In this document: positions 8,161 to 20,534 of the stretch, piece after piece
Numbering within the stretch: position 1 is the stretch's first letter
Layout: each line of letters starts with the position of its first letter
Origin: Candidatus Udaeobacter sp.
GTDB taxonomy: Bacteria > Desulfobacterota > Binatia > UBA9968
NCBI GenBank assembly: GCA_035641275.1
Contig: DASQUN010000594.1
Coordinates: 1 to 35,713, forward strand
DNA length: 35,713 nucleotides
Direction of reading: 5' to 3'
The notes under the pieces: generated by a model
What the model saw: the letters and a program-made list of their open reading frames with translations, nothing else
Databases searched by the model: none
Told to the model about the DNA's origin: nothing
Translations under genes and position numbers: made by a program

Positions 8161-11100
8161 ATGGCATTTCAGGTCGCCAATAATTTAAGATTTCGCCGCA
8201 GTTTCGGGAGAATTAGGAAGATTATCGATCTCCCATATTTGATTGAAATCCAAAAAAACTCCTACGATCTGTTCCTACAAAAGGACGTTCCTGGAGCGCA
8301 ACGCCAAAATCTCGGCCTTCAGGAGGTCTTCAAGTCGGTATTTCCTATTAAAGACTTCAATGAAACAGCCTCTCTTGAGTTTGTCAGTTATGCCTTAGGC
8401 GAGCCTAAGTACGATGTGGAGGAATGTCACCAACGGGGAATGACTTACGCGGCGCCATTGAAGGTGACCGTACAACTGGTGTTGTGGGATGTAGACAATC
8501 AGACGGGCTCGCGCAGCATCAAGAACGTAAAGGAGCAGGAGGTCTACTTTGGTGAGATTCCGCTCATGACCAGCAATGGCACTTTCATGGTCAATGGGAC
8601 CGAACGCGTCATCGTCAGCCAGCTTCACCGTTCCCCTGGAGTTTTCTTCGAACATGACAAAGGAAAAACGCATGCGAGCGGAAAATTGCTCTACTCGGCG
8701 CGGGTGATTCCGTATCGGGGCTCATGGGTGGACCTCGAATTCGATCCGCGCGACATTCTGTATGTCCGTATAGACCGGCGGCGCAAGTTTCATGCCACGG
8801 TATTGCTGAGAGCTTTGGGAATGACCACCGAAGATCTGCTCAACTATTACTACAAGAGCGATACGGTTATCTTCGATGGCCGCAAGCCGGCGTTGGTATT
8901 TAATGCGAGTCACCTCTTGGGCGCTAAGGTGAGCTCGGATGTGCGTGATCCGAAAAGCAACGAGCTCATCGTCAAAGAGGGCAAAAAATTCACCCGCCCC
9001 GTGCTGCGCCAGATGGAAGCGGCAAAGGTAAAGCAGGTTCCTATCGCCTGGGAGGAGATTCTTGGCCGTGTTGCATCCCACGATATCGTCGATTCCCAGA
9101 CGAAAGAAGTGCTGGTGGAATGTAACCACGAAATTACTCAAGAAAAATTGGATTTGATACGCGAAAAAGGGATTAGTCAGATTGATGTCCTTTTCATCGA
9201 TGAGTCCAACATCGGTCCTTATCTGCGTCAGACGTTGTTGCAAGACCGCATTCGTTCTCCTCAGGATGCGATTCTAGAAATCTACCGTCGCTTACGGCCC
9301 GGTGATCCACCGACCGTCGAGTCGGCCACCAACTTCTTCAACAATCTGTTTTTCAATCCGGATCGCTACGATCTCTCGAAGGTAGGCCGACTGAAACTTA
9401 ACCATCGGCTGAAGCTCAATGTGCCTTTGGAGCAGGGAACGCTACGTAAGGAAGATATCATCGAAGTGGTTCGCTATCTCATGGAACTCAAGAACGGGAA
9501 CGGGTCCGTTGATGATATCGATCACCTCGGTAATCGTCGCGTGCGGGCCGTCGGCGAACTCGTGGAGAACCATTTTCGCGTGGGGCTGGTGCGGATGGAG
9601 CGGGCGATCAAGGAAAAGATGAGCCTGCAGGATATCGAGACATTGATGCCCCAGGAGCTGATCAACTACAAACCCGTTTCTGCGGCCCTCAAAGAATTTT
9701 TCGGCTCCAGTCAGCTCTCGCAGTTTATGGATCAAACCAATCCACTTTCCGAGATTACTCACAAGCGGCGCCTCTCAGCCTTGGGGCCCGGAGGCTTGAC
9801 CCGTGAAAGAGCAGGTTTCGAAGTTCGGGACGTGCACCCGACGCATTACGGCCGTGTTTGTCCGATCGAGACCCCTGAAGGTCCGAATATCGGCCTGATC
9901 GCGTCGCTTACGACGTATGCGCGCGTCAATGAGTTTGGATTTATCGAAACGCCCTATCGCGAGGTGGAGAATGGTCGGGTAACCGATCGCATCCGGTATC
10001 TTTCCGCTCTCGAAGAGGAAGATCACGTTATTGCGCAGGCCAACGCGCCGATCGATGGCCGGGGTGCTTTTACTGTCGATCTGGTTTCTGCCCGCAAGGG
10101 CGGTGAGTTCGTCATGGGCAGACCAGAAGAGGTCACGTTGATGGACGTGTCACCCAACCAGCTAGTCAGTGTGGCCGCCTCGCTGATTCCTTTTTTGGAA
10201 AATGATGACGCTAACCGAGCGCTCATGGGATCGAACATGCAGCGGCAAGCGGTTCCCTTGCTCCGCACTGAGGCGCCGTTCGTCGGCACCGGCATGGAGA
10301 AGATCGTGGCGCGGGATTCAGGCGTAACGATCGTGGCGCGGCGAGACGGCGTCGTCGAAAGCGTCGACTCCACCCGCATTGTTGTTAAGGCCGATAAACC
10401 TTCCGGCGCACGCGATACCGGTGTCGATATTTACAATTTGGTTAAATACCAACGCTCCAACCAAAACACCTGCATCAATCAAAGGCCCATCGTGGTCGTG
10501 GGCGACCAAATAAGGGCTGGCGACGTTATTGCCGATGGCCCATCTACGGAGATGGGTGAGCTAGCGCTGGGTCGCAATGTGCTCGTCGCTCTGATGCCCT
10601 GGGGCGGATACAACTTCGAAGATTCGATCCTCATCAGTGAGAGAGTCGTGAAGGAAGACATTTATACGTCGATTCACATCGAAGAGTTTGAGTGCGTTTC
10701 TCGCGATACCAAACTTGGTCCTGAAGAGATCACGCGAGATATTCCCAACGTGGGTGACGAGGCGCTCACCAATCTCGACGAGAGCGGCATTATCCGCATT
10801 GGGGCCGAAGTCAAGTCCGGCGATATCCTTGTCGGAAAAATAACCCCGAAGGGTGAAACCCAACTGTCGCCGGAAGAAAAACTGTTGCGGGCGATTTTTG
10901 GCGAGAAGGCGGGTGAAGTCCGGGATACGTCGCTGCGGGTTCCGCCGGGCGTCGAAGGCACTGTTATCAACGTCCGGATCTTCTCGCGCAAAGGCTTAGC
11001 TAAGGATGAACGCAGCAAGGCGATCGAAGATGAAGAGATCACCCGGCTGAAAAAAGACCAGCACGATGAGGTTCGGATTCTTCAGGAAGGCGCGCTTAGG

Positions 11101-12264
11101 CGACTTAAGAAGCTGCTCGTCGGACGACGTCTGGCGTCGCGCTTGAGCGACGATACTCGCAAGGTGCTTCTCAACAAGGGCCAAGAAATCGCCGAGGAAG
11201 ATCTGGATCAGCTGCCCATGCCTTATTGGGGTGAGATCCGGGTAGATAATGAGTCAGTGGAAGCGGAGCTGCATCGCGTCGTTGACAGTACCACGAGCCA
11301 AGTCAATCTGATTAAAGACGTATTCGAAGACAAGATCGACAAGCTCAAAGGTGGCGATGAACTTCCACCAGGCGTCATTAAGATGGTCAAGGTCTTTGTG
11401 GCCATCAAACGCAAGCTGCAAGTCGGCGATAAAATGGCCGGACGGCATGGCAACAAGGGCGTTATCTCGCGCATCCTGCCGGAAGAGGACATGCCCTATC
11501 TTGAGGACGGTACACCCGTTGATGTGGTTTTAAATCCATTGGGCGTGCCATCTCGAATGAACGTGGGACAGATCCTTGAAGCTCATCTCGGCTGGGCCGC
11601 GAGAAGCTTGGGACAGCAGATCGACGAGCTCCTTCGGGCTCAGCATGAAAATGGCGACGGCGTGCGTCGCCGGCTGAAAGAATATTTGAACGGCAAAGAG
11701 GCGAATGAGCTGATCGACGGAGTCAAAGAACCGGACGTGTTCAAGCTCGCTGAGAAATATCGCGACGGCGTTCGCATTGCTTCTCCTGTATTCGACGGGG
11801 CGGCGGAAGAGGAGATTTTCAACTTACTTAGGAAAGCCGGGCTGCCGGCCACTGGCCAGGTGACGCTTTATGATGGTCAGACGGGTGAACCGTTTGACGG
11901 CAAGGTGACGGTGGGCGTCATGTACATTATGAAACTCCATCACCTAGTCGACGACAAAATTCACGCCCGCTCCACCGGACCATACTCCCTGGTTACGCAG
12001 CAGCCGCTTGGTGGAAAAGCGCAGTTCGGTGGTCAACGACTCGGCGAAATGGAGGTTTGGGCGCTGGAGGCCTATGGGGCGGCGTACACTCTACAAGAGA
12101 TGCTGACGGTTAAGTCAGATGACGTGGTTGGGAGAACGCGTATGTATGAGGCCATTGTGAAAGGCGACAATCTGCTTGAACCGGGGCTGCCGGAATCCTT
12201 TAACGTCATGGTCAAAGAGCTCCAGAGTCTCGGACTGGATGTCGACTTGGTTGAGGAAAAGTAA
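8161..12264 (+). CDS. rpoB: DNA-directed RNA polymerase subunit beta
   Basis: 1367 aa. Rif-region sequence [34 protein letters not shown] and catalytic-region sequence [13 protein letters not shown]. Confidence 0.99.
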   Translation: MAFQVANNLRFRRSFGRIRKIIDLPYLIEIQKNSYDLFLQKDVPGAQRQNLGLQEVFKSVFPIKDFNETASLEFVSYALGEPKYDVEECHQRGMTYAAPLKVTVQLVLWDVDNQTGSRSIKNVKEQEVYFGEIPLMTSNGTFMVNGTERVIVSQLHRSPGVFFEHDKGKTHASGKLLYSARVIPYRGSWVDLEFDPRDILYVRIDRRRKFHATVLLRALGMTTEDLLNYYYKSDTVIFDGRKPALVFNASHLLGAKVSSDVRDPKSNELIVKEGKKFTRPVLRQMEAAKVKQVPIAWEEILGRVASHDIVDSQTKEVLVECNHEITQEKLDLIREKGISQIDVLFIDESNIGPYLRQTLLQDRIRSPQDAILEIYRRLRPGDPPTVESATNFFNNLFFNPDRYDLSKVGRLKLNHRLKLNVPLEQGTLRKEDIIEVVRYLMELKNGNGSVDDIDHLGNRRVRAVGELVENHFRVGLVRMERAIKEKMSLQDIETLMPQELINYKPVSAALKEFFGSSQLSQFMDQTNPLSEITHKRRLSALGPGGLTRERAGFEVRDVHPTHYGRVCPIETPEGPNIGLIASLTTYARVNEFGFIETPYREVENGRVTDRIRYLSALEEEDHVIAQANAPIDGRGAFTVDLVSARKGGEFVMGRPEEVTLMDVSPNQLVSVAASLIPFLENDDANRALMGSNMQRQAVPLLRTEAPFVGTGMEKIVARDSGVTIVARRDGVVESVDSTRIVVKADKPSGARDTGVDIYNLVKYQRSNQNTCINQRPIVVVGDQIRAGDVIADGPSTEMGELALGRNVLVALMPWGGYNFEDSILISERVVKEDIYTSIHIEEFECVSRDTKLGPEEITRDIPNVGDEALTNLDESGIIRIGAEVKSGDILVGKITPKGETQLSPEEKLLRAIFGEKAGEVRDTSLRVPPGVEGTVINVRIFSRKGLAKDERSKAIEDEEITRLKKDQHDEVRILQEGALRRLKKLLVGRRLASRLSDDTRKVLLNKGQEIAEEDLDQLPMPYWGEIRVDNESVEAELHRVVDSTTSQVNLIKDVFEDKIDKLKGGDELPPGVIKMVKVFVAIKRKLQVGDKMAGRHGNKGVISRILPEEDMPYLEDGTPVDVVLNPLGVPSRMNVGQILEAHLGWAARSLGQQIDELLRAQHENGDGVRRRLKEYLNGKEANELIDGVKEPDVFKLAEKYRDGVRIASPVFDGAAEEEIFNLLRKAGLPATGQVTLYDGQTGEPFDGKVTVGVMYIMKLHHLVDDKIHARSTGPYSLVTQQPLGGKAQFGGQRLGEMEVWALEAYGAAYTLQEMLTVKSDDVVGRTRMYEAIVKGDNLLEPGLPESFNVMVKELQSLGLDVDLVEEK

Positions 12265-12304
12265 CGCCAGTGAGTCTGCATCAGTAAACCGGAGGTGATC
12301 CTTT

Positions 12305-15300
12305 ATGGAAGATTTGTTCAATTTATTCGAAAAACCCAAGAACCCACTCAGTTTTAATGCGATCAAGGTTTCCGTTGCCTCTCCGGAAAAAATCAGATCT
12401 TGGTCTCATGGTGAGGTCAAAAAGCCGGAGACCATCAATTACAGAACTTTCAAGCCGGAACGTGATGGTTTATTTTGCGCCAAGATCTTTGGGCCGACGA
12501 AGGACTACGAGTGCAACTGCGGCAAGTACAAACGCATGCGCCATCGCGGCGTCGTCTGCGAGAAGTGCGGCGTCGAAGTCATTCAGTCCAAGGTTCGTCG
12601 GGAACGAATGGGCCATATCGAATTGGCAACGCCCGTCGTCCATATCTGGTTTCTGAAGAGTCTGCCGAGCCGAATTGGAGCCCTACTCGACATGTCGCTC
12701 AAGGACATCGAGAAGGTACTCTATTTCGAATCCTATATCGTCGTCGATCCCGGCGAGACGCCGCTCCAATACAAAGAACTTTTGAGTGAGGTGCGGTATC
12801 GAAAAGTGGTGGAGGAACACGGGGGAAAATTTGTCGCGGAGATGGGCGCTGAAGCGATCCGTAAGCTGCTGAAAGCGGTGGATGTGAACAGACTTTCCGA
12901 AGATCTACGCCAAGAGATGCGCGATGCTAATTCTGAAGTGCGGCGCAAGAAAATGGCCAAGCGGCTGAAGGTAATCAATGCTTTTAAGAACTCTGGTAAT
13001 CGCCCGGAATGGATGGTTATGGAAGTCATTCCAGTGATACCTCCGGATCTTCGTCCGTTGGTACCGCTGGACGGCGGTCGCTTTGCGACATCGGACCTGA
13101 ATGATCTCTATCGTCGGGTGATTAACCGGAACAATCGTCTCAAACGATTAATGGAGCTTAGCGCTCCAGACATGATCATCCGTAACGAGAAGCGGATGCT
13201 GCAAGAGGCCGTGGACGCTCTATTCGACAACGGTCGGCGCGGACGGGCGATCACGGGCCAAAATCGGCGTCCCCTCAAGTCGCTCAGCGATATGCTCAAA
13301 GGAAAAACCGGACGTTTTCGCCAGAATCTACTCGGAAAGAGGGTGGATTACTCCGGCCGTTCCGTCATCGTTGTAGGTCCGGAGCTGCGCTTGCATCAAT
13401 GTGGGTTGCCTAAGAAGATGGCGCTCGAGCTTTTCAAGCCCTTTATTTACAACAAGCTCGAAGAGCGGGGTCACGTCACGACGATCAAAAGCGCCAAAAA
13501 GATGGTCGAGAGAGAGCTTCCCGAAGTGTGGGACATCCTCGATGAAGTCATTCGTGAACATCCGGTCTTGCTAAATCGGGCCCCGACATTGCACCGGCTC
13601 GGCATCCAGGCTTTCGAGCCCATTCTGATCGAAGGCAAAGCGATTCAACTTCATCCGTTGGTCTGTGCCGCCTACAATGCCGACTTCGACGGCGATCAAA
13701 TGGCGGTTCACGTGCCGCTGTCTGTGGAAGCGCAGGTCGAAGCGCGAGCGCTGATGATGTCAACCAACAACATTCTGTCGCCCGCCAATGGAAAACCGAT
13801 CATCGTGCCGACACAGGATATTGTCTTGGGTCTCTATTATATGACTCGAGATCGATTGCAGGCCAAGGGCAGTGGACGTATTTTTAGCAACCCCACCGAA
13901 GTGAGAATGGCTTACGATCAGGGTGAGGTGGACCTGCAGGCGCCGGTCACTGTCAGAATCAACGGTGAACGCGTCGAAACCACTGTTGGACGAGTTCTCC
14001 TATACGAAGTCGTTCCTCCCATGATTCCGTTCAAAGAGATCAACCGGATCATGAAGAAGAAAGAACTCGCCAATTTGATTGATATTAGCTTTCGGTTGGC
14101 GGGAAACAAGGACACCGTTATTCTCGCAGATCGCTTAAAGGACATGGGCTACCGCCATGCAACCAAGGCTGGAATTTCCATTTCCATCAAAGACATGGTG
14201 ATCCCGCCGAGTAAAGAGCAATTGCTAAAGAAGGCGCACGAAGACGTGCGCGAAATCGAAGAGCAATACAAGAACGGTCTTATCACGGATGGTGAACGCT
14301 ACAACAAAGTCGTCGATATCTGGGCCGAGGTAACAGACCGAATTGCCGACGAGATGCTGCGCGATCTGGGTTCGGAGAAGGTGACCGATGATTCGGGTCG
14401 AGAGATTTCGGTGCCGAGTTTCAATCCGATTTTTATGATGGCCGATTCTGGCGCTCGGGGCAGTGCTCAACAGATTCGTCAGCTTGCCGGTATGCGCGGA
14501 CTGATGGCGAAACCGTCGGGCGAAATCATCGAGACGCCAATTACTGCCAATTTCCGCGAAGGTCTCACCGTGTTGCAATATTTCATTTCGACGCACGGAG
14601 CACGCAAGGGCCTCGCCGATACGGCGCTAAAGACGGCGAACTCCGGTTATCTCACTCGCAGACTGGTAGATGTGGCGCAAGATTCCGTCATTTCCGAGGA
14701 GGATTGCGGTACGATGGACGGAATCGAAATGACGCCGCTCATGGAAGGCGGCGAGATCATCGAGCCCTTGGGAGATCGCGTTCTCGGGCGCGTCGCGCTC
14801 GAAGACGTCAAGGATCCTTTTACGGGCGAAGTGATCATCAAGGCGAACGAGGAAATTGACGAAGAAGTGGTTCAGCGCGTCGAAGATGCGGGATTGGAGC
14901 GGATCAAGATCCGATCGGTGTTGACCTGTGCATCGAGGCGGGGTGTCTGCGTCATGTGCTACGGCCGCGACCTTGGGCGAGGCCACATGATCAATCTGGG
15001 CGAGGCCGTCGGCGTCGTTGCTGCACAGTCCATCGGCGAACCGGGCACGCAGCTGACGATGCGGACTTTCCACATCGGCGGTACGGCGAGTCGACGGGCG
15101 GAGCAGACTACTTTAGAGTCGCGCAATGATGGTTTCATAAAGTTTGTTAACGTTAGCACGGTTAGCAATAAAGAGGGCGACCTCGTGGTGATGAACCGAA
15201 ACGGTGAAATCGCCATTGTGGATTATCCTGAGGGTGAGAAGGGTAGGGAGAGAGAAAGAGAGCGGTACCCGGTCGTCTACGGCGCGAAGCTTAAAAAGAA

Positions 15301-16432
15301 AGACGGAACCAAAATCAAATCCGGTGAGCTGCTGGCTGAATGGGATCCCTACACGATTCCAATCCTCACGGAAATCGGCGGGGAAGTAAAGTTCGGCGAC
15401 GTCCTAGAAGCCGTAACGATGGAAGAAAAGGTCGACGAGCGAACCGGTCTTTCCACGAAAGTTATTATCGACTCCAAAGACCTCGAGAAGCGTCCCCGTA
15501 TTTCGATCAAAGACGTCGCGGGACAAACCGCACGCCTTTCCGCAACAGCAGAAGCCCGCTACCTCCTGCCGGTCGGGGCTCATATCAATGTGCAAGAAGG
15601 ACAGACGGTTTATGCAGGCGACGTGTTGGCAAAAATTCCGCGAGAAACGACTAAGACGAAAGACATCACGGGAGGACTCCCGCGGGTGGCAGAGCTTTTC
15701 GAAGCAAGAAAGCCTAAGGAATTCGCAGTGATCAGCGAGATCGATGGCATTGTTTCTTTCGGTAAGGATATGAAAGGCAAACGCAAAGTCATCGTTACAC
15801 CCGAAGTGGGAGAACCGCGGGAGTATCTCATTCCGAAGGGCAAACACATCAGCGTTCATGATGGAGATCGCATCCGAGCTGGCGAAGCCTTGATGGACGG
15901 CTCGTCGAACCCACATGACATTCTGAATATCCTAGGAGAAAAGGCGCTTGCAAAATATTTGGTGGACGAAGTGCAAGAGATCTATCGTCTGCAAGGTGTG
16001 CGGATTAATGATAAGCACATTGAGGTTATCGTCCGACAAATGCTGCGCCGGGTGAGAATCAAAGAGGTCGGGGACACCGACTTCTTGGTCGGGGATCAGG
16101 TTGAGAAATGGCGTTTTGACGAGGAGAATCAGCGAGCCATTGGAGAGAGTGGTAAGCCCGCAATTGCAGAACCTATGCTGCTGGGGATAACGAAGGCGTC
16201 GCTCTCAACGGAGAGTTTCATTTCTGCAGCTTCCTTCCAGGAAACCACCAAAGTTCTCACTGAAGCGGCGATTCAAGGAAAAATTGATCTTCTTCGCGGT
16301 CTCAAAGAGAATGTGATCATGGGACGATTGATTCCTGCGGGAACCGGATTGGCCAAGTACAATAAGCCCGAGATTGAAATTGAAGAGCCGGAGGGCGTCG
16401 AGGGAGACTTTTCTCAAGCCGTGGAGGCGTGA
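12305..16432 (+). CDS. rpoC: DNA-directed RNA polymerase subunit beta-prime
   Basis: 1375 aa. Zn-binding [20 protein letters not shown], catalytic NADFDGDQM, and an SI3-like insertion between TFHIGGTA and [16 protein letters not shown]. Confidence 0.99.
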   Translation: MEDLFNLFEKPKNPLSFNAIKVSVASPEKIRSWSHGEVKKPETINYRTFKPERDGLFCAKIFGPTKDYECNCGKYKRMRHRGVVCEKCGVEVIQSKVRRERMGHIELATPVVHIWFLKSLPSRIGALLDMSLKDIEKVLYFESYIVVDPGETPLQYKELLSEVRYRKVVEEHGGKFVAEMGAEAIRKLLKAVDVNRLSEDLRQEMRDANSEVRRKKMAKRLKVINAFKNSGNRPEWMVMEVIPVIPPDLRPLVPLDGGRFATSDLNDLYRRVINRNNRLKRLMELSAPDMIIRNEKRMLQEAVDALFDNGRRGRAITGQNRRPLKSLSDMLKGKTGRFRQNLLGKRVDYSGRSVIVVGPELRLHQCGLPKKMALELFKPFIYNKLEERGHVTTIKSAKKMVERELPEVWDILDEVIREHPVLLNRAPTLHRLGIQAFEPILIEGKAIQLHPLVCAAYNADFDGDQMAVHVPLSVEAQVEARALMMSTNNILSPANGKPIIVPTQDIVLGLYYMTRDRLQAKGSGRIFSNPTEVRMAYDQGEVDLQAPVTVRINGERVETTVGRVLLYEVVPPMIPFKEINRIMKKKELANLIDISFRLAGNKDTVILADRLKDMGYRHATKAGISISIKDMVIPPSKEQLLKKAHEDVREIEEQYKNGLITDGERYNKVVDIWAEVTDRIADEMLRDLGSEKVTDDSGREISVPSFNPIFMMADSGARGSAQQIRQLAGMRGLMAKPSGEIIETPITANFREGLTVLQYFISTHGARKGLADTALKTANSGYLTRRLVDVAQDSVISEEDCGTMDGIEMTPLMEGGEIIEPLGDRVLGRVALEDVKDPFTGEVIIKANEEIDEEVVQRVEDAGLERIKIRSVLTCASRRGVCVMCYGRDLGRGHMINLGEAVGVVAAQSIGEPGTQLTMRTFHIGGTASRRAEQTTLESRNDGFIKFVNVSTVSNKEGDLVVMNRNGEIAIVDYPEGEKGRERERERYPVVYGAKLKKKDGTKIKSGELLAEWDPYTIPILTEIGGEVKFGDVLEAVTMEEKVDERTGLSTKVIIDSKDLEKRPRISIKDVAGQTARLSATAEARYLLPVGAHINVQEGQTVYAGDVLAKIPRETTKTKDITGGLPRVAELFEARKPKEFAVISEIDGIVSFGKDMKGKRKVIVTPEVGEPREYLIPKGKHISVHDGDRIRAGEALMDGSSNPHDILNILGEKALAKYLVDEVQEIYRLQGVRINDKHIEVIVRQMLRRVRIKEVGDTDFLVGDQVEKWRFDEENQRAIGESGKPAIAEPMLLGITKASLSTESFISAASFQETTKVLTEAAIQGKIDLLRGLKENVIMGRLIPAGTGLAKYNKPEIEIEEPEGVEGDFSQAVEA

Positions 16433-16435
16433 GCT

Positions 16436-16464
16436 TTGACATCGACGAATTTATTTGTTAACTA
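16436..16464 (+). promoter_or_regulatory. Candidate promoter upstream of rpsL (str block)
   Basis: Perfect -35 TTGACA (16436-16441), 17-nt spacer ending in TGt, and a weak -10 TAACTA (16459-16464). It lies in the 103-nt rpoC-rpsL gap. The -10 is poor, so confidence is low. Confidence 0.3.
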
Positions 16465-16535
16465 GAAGGTTTTGCTGGGAGATAACGTTTCTGTCTGTGT
16501 AAGGGTCTGAATCCGAGTGCGTTGTTAATCAAGCT

Positions 16536-16907
16536 ATGCCAACGATCAGTCAATTAATCCGCGATAGCAGGGAACAGCAGAGACCGAAGAATACGGCGCC
16601 AGCGCTACAGGGTTGCCCGCAAAAGCGCGGCGTTTGCACCCGCGTTTATACTTCTACGCCGAAAAAGCCGAACTCCGCGCTGCGTAAGGTCGCGCGGGTT
16701 CGGCTCACGAACGGGATCGAAGTGACTTCCTATATTCCCGGGGTAGGGCACAACTTGCAGGAGCATTCGGTGGTGCTGATTCGCGGAGGCCGAGTCAAAG
16801 ATCTTCCGGGCGTCCGCTACCACATCATTCGTGGAACTTTGGATTCGATTGGGGTTCAAGAACGACGACAGGGTCGTTCAAAATACGGCGCCAAGAAACC
16901 AAAATAG
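16536..16907 (+). CDS. rpsL: 30S ribosomal protein S12
   Basis: 123 aa with MPTISQLIR...[20 protein letters not shown]. Confidence 0.99.
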   Translation: MPTISQLIRDSREQQRPKNTAPALQGCPQKRGVCTRVYTSTPKKPNSALRKVARVRLTNGIEVTSYIPGVGHNLQEHSVVLIRGGRVKDLPGVRYHIIRGTLDSIGVQERRQGRSKYGAKKPK

Positions 16908-16913
16908 CGTCTT

Positions 16914-17384
16914 ATGCCGCGCAAAGGTGAAGTTCGAAAAAGAGAAGTCTTGCCCGACCCCAAGTATGGGGACAAGCTTGTGGCGAAGTTCGTTAACACG
17001 ATCATGAGCCGCGGTAAGAAAAGCGTGGCGGAAAGCATTTTTTATCACTCTTTGAACATCGTCGAGTCCCGAACCAAGGAAGACTCACTGGGAGTTTTCA
17101 AAAGGGCGATTGAAAATACTCGGCCCACGGTCGAAGTCCGCTCCCGCCGCGTCGGCGGAGCGACGTATCAGGTTCCCGTCGAAGTGAGACCGCAGCGGCG
17201 CCTTTCGCTCAGCATGCGCTGGCTCATTCAGTCCGCTCGGGAGCGCGGTGAAAAATCGATGGAAGAGAAATTGGCCGGCGAAATCGTCGATGCCGCCAAT
17301 AACCGGGGCACGACGATAAAGAAGAAGGAAGACACCCATCGGATGGCCGAGGCCAATCGTGCCTTCGCTCATTATCGGTGGTAA
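16914..17384 (+). CDS. rpsG: 30S ribosomal protein S7
   Basis: 156 aa with MPRKGEV...[15 protein letters not shown]...AFAHYRW. Confidence 0.99.
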   Translation: MPRKGEVRKREVLPDPKYGDKLVAKFVNTIMSRGKKSVAESIFYHSLNIVESRTKEDSLGVFKRAIENTRPTVEVRSRRVGGATYQVPVEVRPQRRLSLSMRWLIQSARERGEKSMEEKLAGEIVDAANNRGTTIKKKEDTHRMAEANRAFAHYRW

Positions 17385-17410
17385 CTTAGGATTATAAACT
17401 TGGCTGAAAC

Positions 17411-17440
17411 AAGGAGGCGGTCCGACCGCCTCCTTTTTTT
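17411..17440 (+). terminator. Intrinsic-terminator-like hairpin plus T-run between rpsG and fusA
   Basis: AAGGAGGCGGT-CCG-ACCGCCTCCTT is a perfect 11-bp inverted repeat with a GC-rich core. It runs into TTTTTTT (17434-17440). It starts 27 nt after the rpsG stop and ends 14 nt before the fusA ATG. Confidence 0.6.
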
Positions 17441-17454
17441 CCGAGCCCAACGAG

Positions 17455-19551
17455 ATGGCTAGAACCGTCCCATTAGAAAGAACTCGTAACATCGGTATCA
17501 TGGCTCACATCGATGCCGGGAAGACGACTACCACCGAGCGAATCCTGTATTACACGGGGATTAACTACAAGCTCGGCGAGGTGCACGAAGGTACCGCGAC
17601 GATGGACTGGATGGTCCAGGAACAGGAACGGGGCATTACGATTACTTCGGCGGCCACGACCTGCTTGTGGCGCGACCACCGGGTCAACATCATCGACACG
17701 CCGGGACATGTCGATTTTACCATCGAGGTCGAGCGTTCCTTGAGAGTCCTTGACGGTGCCGTGGCGGTCTTCTGCTCGGTGGGTGGTGTGGAGCCTCAAA
17801 CGGAAACTGTTTGGCGCCAGGCGGATAAATACGGGGTTCCGCGCCTTGCCTTTGTTAATAAGATGGACCGGCTTGGGGCGGATTTCTTCCGTGTGGTCCA
17901 GATGATTCAGGACCGTTTGGGCGCCCGTCCTGCGGTCGTCCAACTTCCCATCGGAGCGGAGGAGAAGTTTGCGGGAATCGTTGACTTGATCTCCATGAGG
18001 GCGGTGGTTTGGGAGGACGAAAGTCTCGGCGCCAAGTTCCATGAAGAGCCGATTCCAGAGGGTATGAAAGCTCAGGCGGACGAGTATCGTGAAAAGCTCC
18101 TGGAAATCATCGCTGACTGCGATGAAGGCATCATGGAGAAGTACCTCGAAGGAAAAGAGATCGGCGAGGCGGAGCTGCGGCAGGCGATTCGAAACGCTAC
18201 ACTTTCTCTCAAAATTGTTCCTGCTTTGTGTGGCTCGGCATTCCGCAACAAAGGCGTGCAGCCGATGCTGGACGCCGTGGTTGACTACCTGCCGTCACCG
18301 CAGGACATTCCGCCTGTGAAGGGAATCGAGCCCGACACTCAGAACGTTGGTGAAAGGCCGGCGAAAGACGATGCTCCGTTCGCAGCCCTTGCTTTCAAAA
18401 TCATGACCGATCCTTTTGTCGGCACATTGAGCTTTTTTAGAGTCTATTCCGGATCGCTGAATTCCGGGGCGAGCGTCTACAATTCGACCAAGGGGAAGAG
18501 AGAGCGAATCGGTCGGCTGCTGAAGATGCACGCCAATAAGCGGGAAGAGATTAAAGAAGTCTATGCGGGCGATATCGCGGCTGCGGTTGGGCTAAAGACG
18601 GCTACGACCGGGGACACGCTATGCGATGAAAATCACGCGATCGTATTGGAGTCGATCGATTTTCCGGATCCGGTGATCTCTATTGCCATCGAGCCAAAGA
18701 GCAAGGCAGATCAGGAAAAACTAGGGCTATCCTTGCAGAAGCTTGCCACCGAAGACCCGTCGTTTCAGGTTCGCACCGATGAAGAAACCGGGCAAACTAT
18801 TATTTCCGGCATGGGCGAGCTTCACCTGGAGATCATCGTCGATCGGCTGCTCCGCGAATTCAATGTTGGCGCGAATGTCGGAAGGCCTCAGGTGGCTTAC
18901 AAAGAAACCATTCGCAAAGGCGTGGAACAGCAGGGTAGGTTTATTCGTCAGACCGGCGGTCGCGGGCAGTACGGAGACGTCTGGATCAAGTTAGAGCCAC
19001 AAGCGCCAGGGACCGGCTTCGAATTCGTCGATGCCATCAAAGGCGGCTCGATTCCCCGCGAATATATACCAGCCGTAGAAAAGGGTGTGCGGGAGGCGAC
19101 CGAAAACGGTGCACTGGCAGGCTATCCCATTGTGGACGTCAAGGTGACGCTGTTCGATGGCAGTTATCACGATGTCGATTCTTCCGAGATCGCCTTCAAA
19201 ATTGCCGGTTCGATGGCGTTCAAAGAGGCAGCCCGCAAAGCCAGTCCTGTGCTGCTCGAACCGATCATGTCGGTGGAGGTCGTCGTGCCGGAAGAGTTTA
19301 TGGGCGATGTCATCGGCGATATCAGCGCGCGCCGCGGGAAGGTGTTGGGCATGGACACCCGGCCGGCGGCGCAAGCAATCGACGCGCGTGTTCCCTTGGC
19401 GGAAATGTTCGGCTACGCCACAGACCTCCGTTCCATGACCCAAGGCAGGGCGACCTATACAATGCAGTTTTCACATTATGAACCGGTACCGGCGGCCGTT
19501 GCAGAAGGAATTATCGCCAAGTTTGATGGCAAGTCGGATAGTGCCGTATGA
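17455..19551 (+). CDS. fusA: Elongation factor G
   Basis: 698 aa with [28 protein letters not shown] and NKMDR motifs. Confidence 0.99.
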   Translation: MARTVPLERTRNIGIMAHIDAGKTTTTERILYYTGINYKLGEVHEGTATMDWMVQEQERGITITSAATTCLWRDHRVNIIDTPGHVDFTIEVERSLRVLDGAVAVFCSVGGVEPQTETVWRQADKYGVPRLAFVNKMDRLGADFFRVVQMIQDRLGARPAVVQLPIGAEEKFAGIVDLISMRAVVWEDESLGAKFHEEPIPEGMKAQADEYREKLLEIIADCDEGIMEKYLEGKEIGEAELRQAIRNATLSLKIVPALCGSAFRNKGVQPMLDAVVDYLPSPQDIPPVKGIEPDTQNVGERPAKDDAPFAALAFKIMTDPFVGTLSFFRVYSGSLNSGASVYNSTKGKRERIGRLLKMHANKREEIKEVYAGDIAAAVGLKTATTGDTLCDENHAIVLESIDFPDPVISIAIEPKSKADQEKLGLSLQKLATEDPSFQVRTDEETGQTIISGMGELHLEIIVDRLLREFNVGANVGRPQVAYKETIRKGVEQQGRFIRQTGGRGQYGDVWIKLEPQAPGTGFEFVDAIKGGSIPREYIPAVEKGVREATENGALAGYPIVDVKVTLFDGSYHDVDSSEIAFKIAGSMAFKEAARKASPVLLEPIMSVEVVVPEEFMGDVIGDISARRGKVLGMDTRPAAQAIDARVPLAEMFGYATDLRSMTQGRATYTMQFSHYEPVPAAVAEGIIAKFDGKSDSAV

Positions 19552-19856
19552 ACGAGAAGATTCGGATCAGACTGAAAGCCTATGACCACCGTGTACTGGA
19601 CCAGTCGGTAGGTGAAATCGTCGAAACCGTTAGACGCACCGGTGGGAGAGTGGCCGGGCCCATTCCCCTGCCGACGCGTATCGAGCGTTTCACCGTGAAC
19701 CGGTCGCCTCACGTCGACAAAAAGTCCCGGGACCAGTTCGAGATTCGGACTCACAAGCGACTCCTCGATATCTTGGAACCGACGCAGCAGACCATCGATG
19801 CATTAGGGAAGCTCGACATCGCTGCTGGCGTGGATGTGGAAATAAAGCTTCAGTAA
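19548..19856 (+). CDS. rpsJ: 30S ribosomal protein S10
   Basis: 102 aa with [20 protein letters not shown] overlap with the fusA stop. Confidence 0.98.
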   Translation: MNEKIRIRLKAYDHRVLDQSVGEIVETVRRTGGRVAGPIPLPTRIERFTVNRSPHVDKKSRDQFEIRTHKRLLDILEPTQQTIDALGKLDIAAGVDVEIKLQ

Positions 19857-19896
19857 TGGTACGGGCGAGCTAAGTTTCGCAGCTTGGAATATTCTT

Positions 19897-20529
19897 ATGA
19901 CGGGCCTAATCGGTAAGAAGGTTGGCATGACGCAATTCTACAATGCCGAGGGGAATGTCATTCCGGTCACCGTAGTCCAGACGGGTCCGTGTGTGGTCGT
20001 GCAAAAAAAAGAGAGCGCAAAAGACGGCTACAGCGCGCTCCAGGTAGGCTTTGGCGGCAGAAAGAGCCAGCGCGTCAATAAGGCGATGCAGGGCCACATG
20101 GCGAAAGCCGGCAGAGGAGCGTTTACCGTGCTCAAAGAGTTCCGTCTCGACGATGTGTCGCAGTACGAAGTCGGACAGGAGATCAAGGTTGCGGACTTGT
20201 TCAAAGTCGGCGATCGCATTGATGTCTCCGGAATTTCAAAAGGCCATGGATTCTCGGGCGTCATCAAGCGTTGGTCCTTTGGGGGATTTCCCGGGTCTCA
20301 TGGCACGCACGAATACTTCCGGCATGGCGGTTCTATAGGCAATCGGTCATTTCCGGGTCGAGTCCGCAAAGGGAAAAAAATGGCGGGGCATTGGGGCAAC
20401 GAGCGCGTTTCGATTCAAAACCTTGAGGTCGTGGACATTAGACCTGAGGAGAATCTGATGTTGGTCAAGGGAGCGGTTCCCGGCGCTAAGCGTGGAGTGG
20501 TAATCGTGCGCCATGCGGCAAAGGCTTAG
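19897..20529 (+). CDS. rplC: 50S ribosomal protein L3
   Basis: 210 aa with GLIGKKVGMTQFYN...GHGFSGVIKRW. Confidence 0.98.
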   Translation: MTGLIGKKVGMTQFYNAEGNVIPVTVVQTGPCVVVQKKESAKDGYSALQVGFGGRKSQRVNKAMQGHMAKAGRGAFTVLKEFRLDDVSQYEVGQEIKVADLFKVGDRIDVSGISKGHGFSGVIKRWSFGGFPGSHGTHEYFRHGGSIGNRSFPGRVRKGKKMAGHWGNERVSIQNLEVVDIRPEENLMLVKGAVPGAKRGVVIVRHAAKA

Positions 20530-20534
20530 TCGAT

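Noticed and set aside
15230-15265. Purine-rich GAGA-type microrepeat encoding [12 protein letters not shown] in rpoC.
   Set aside because: It lies in the variable SI3-like insertion of beta-prime, adds only a few residues relative to E. coli, stays in frame, and shows no sign of being an inserted element.
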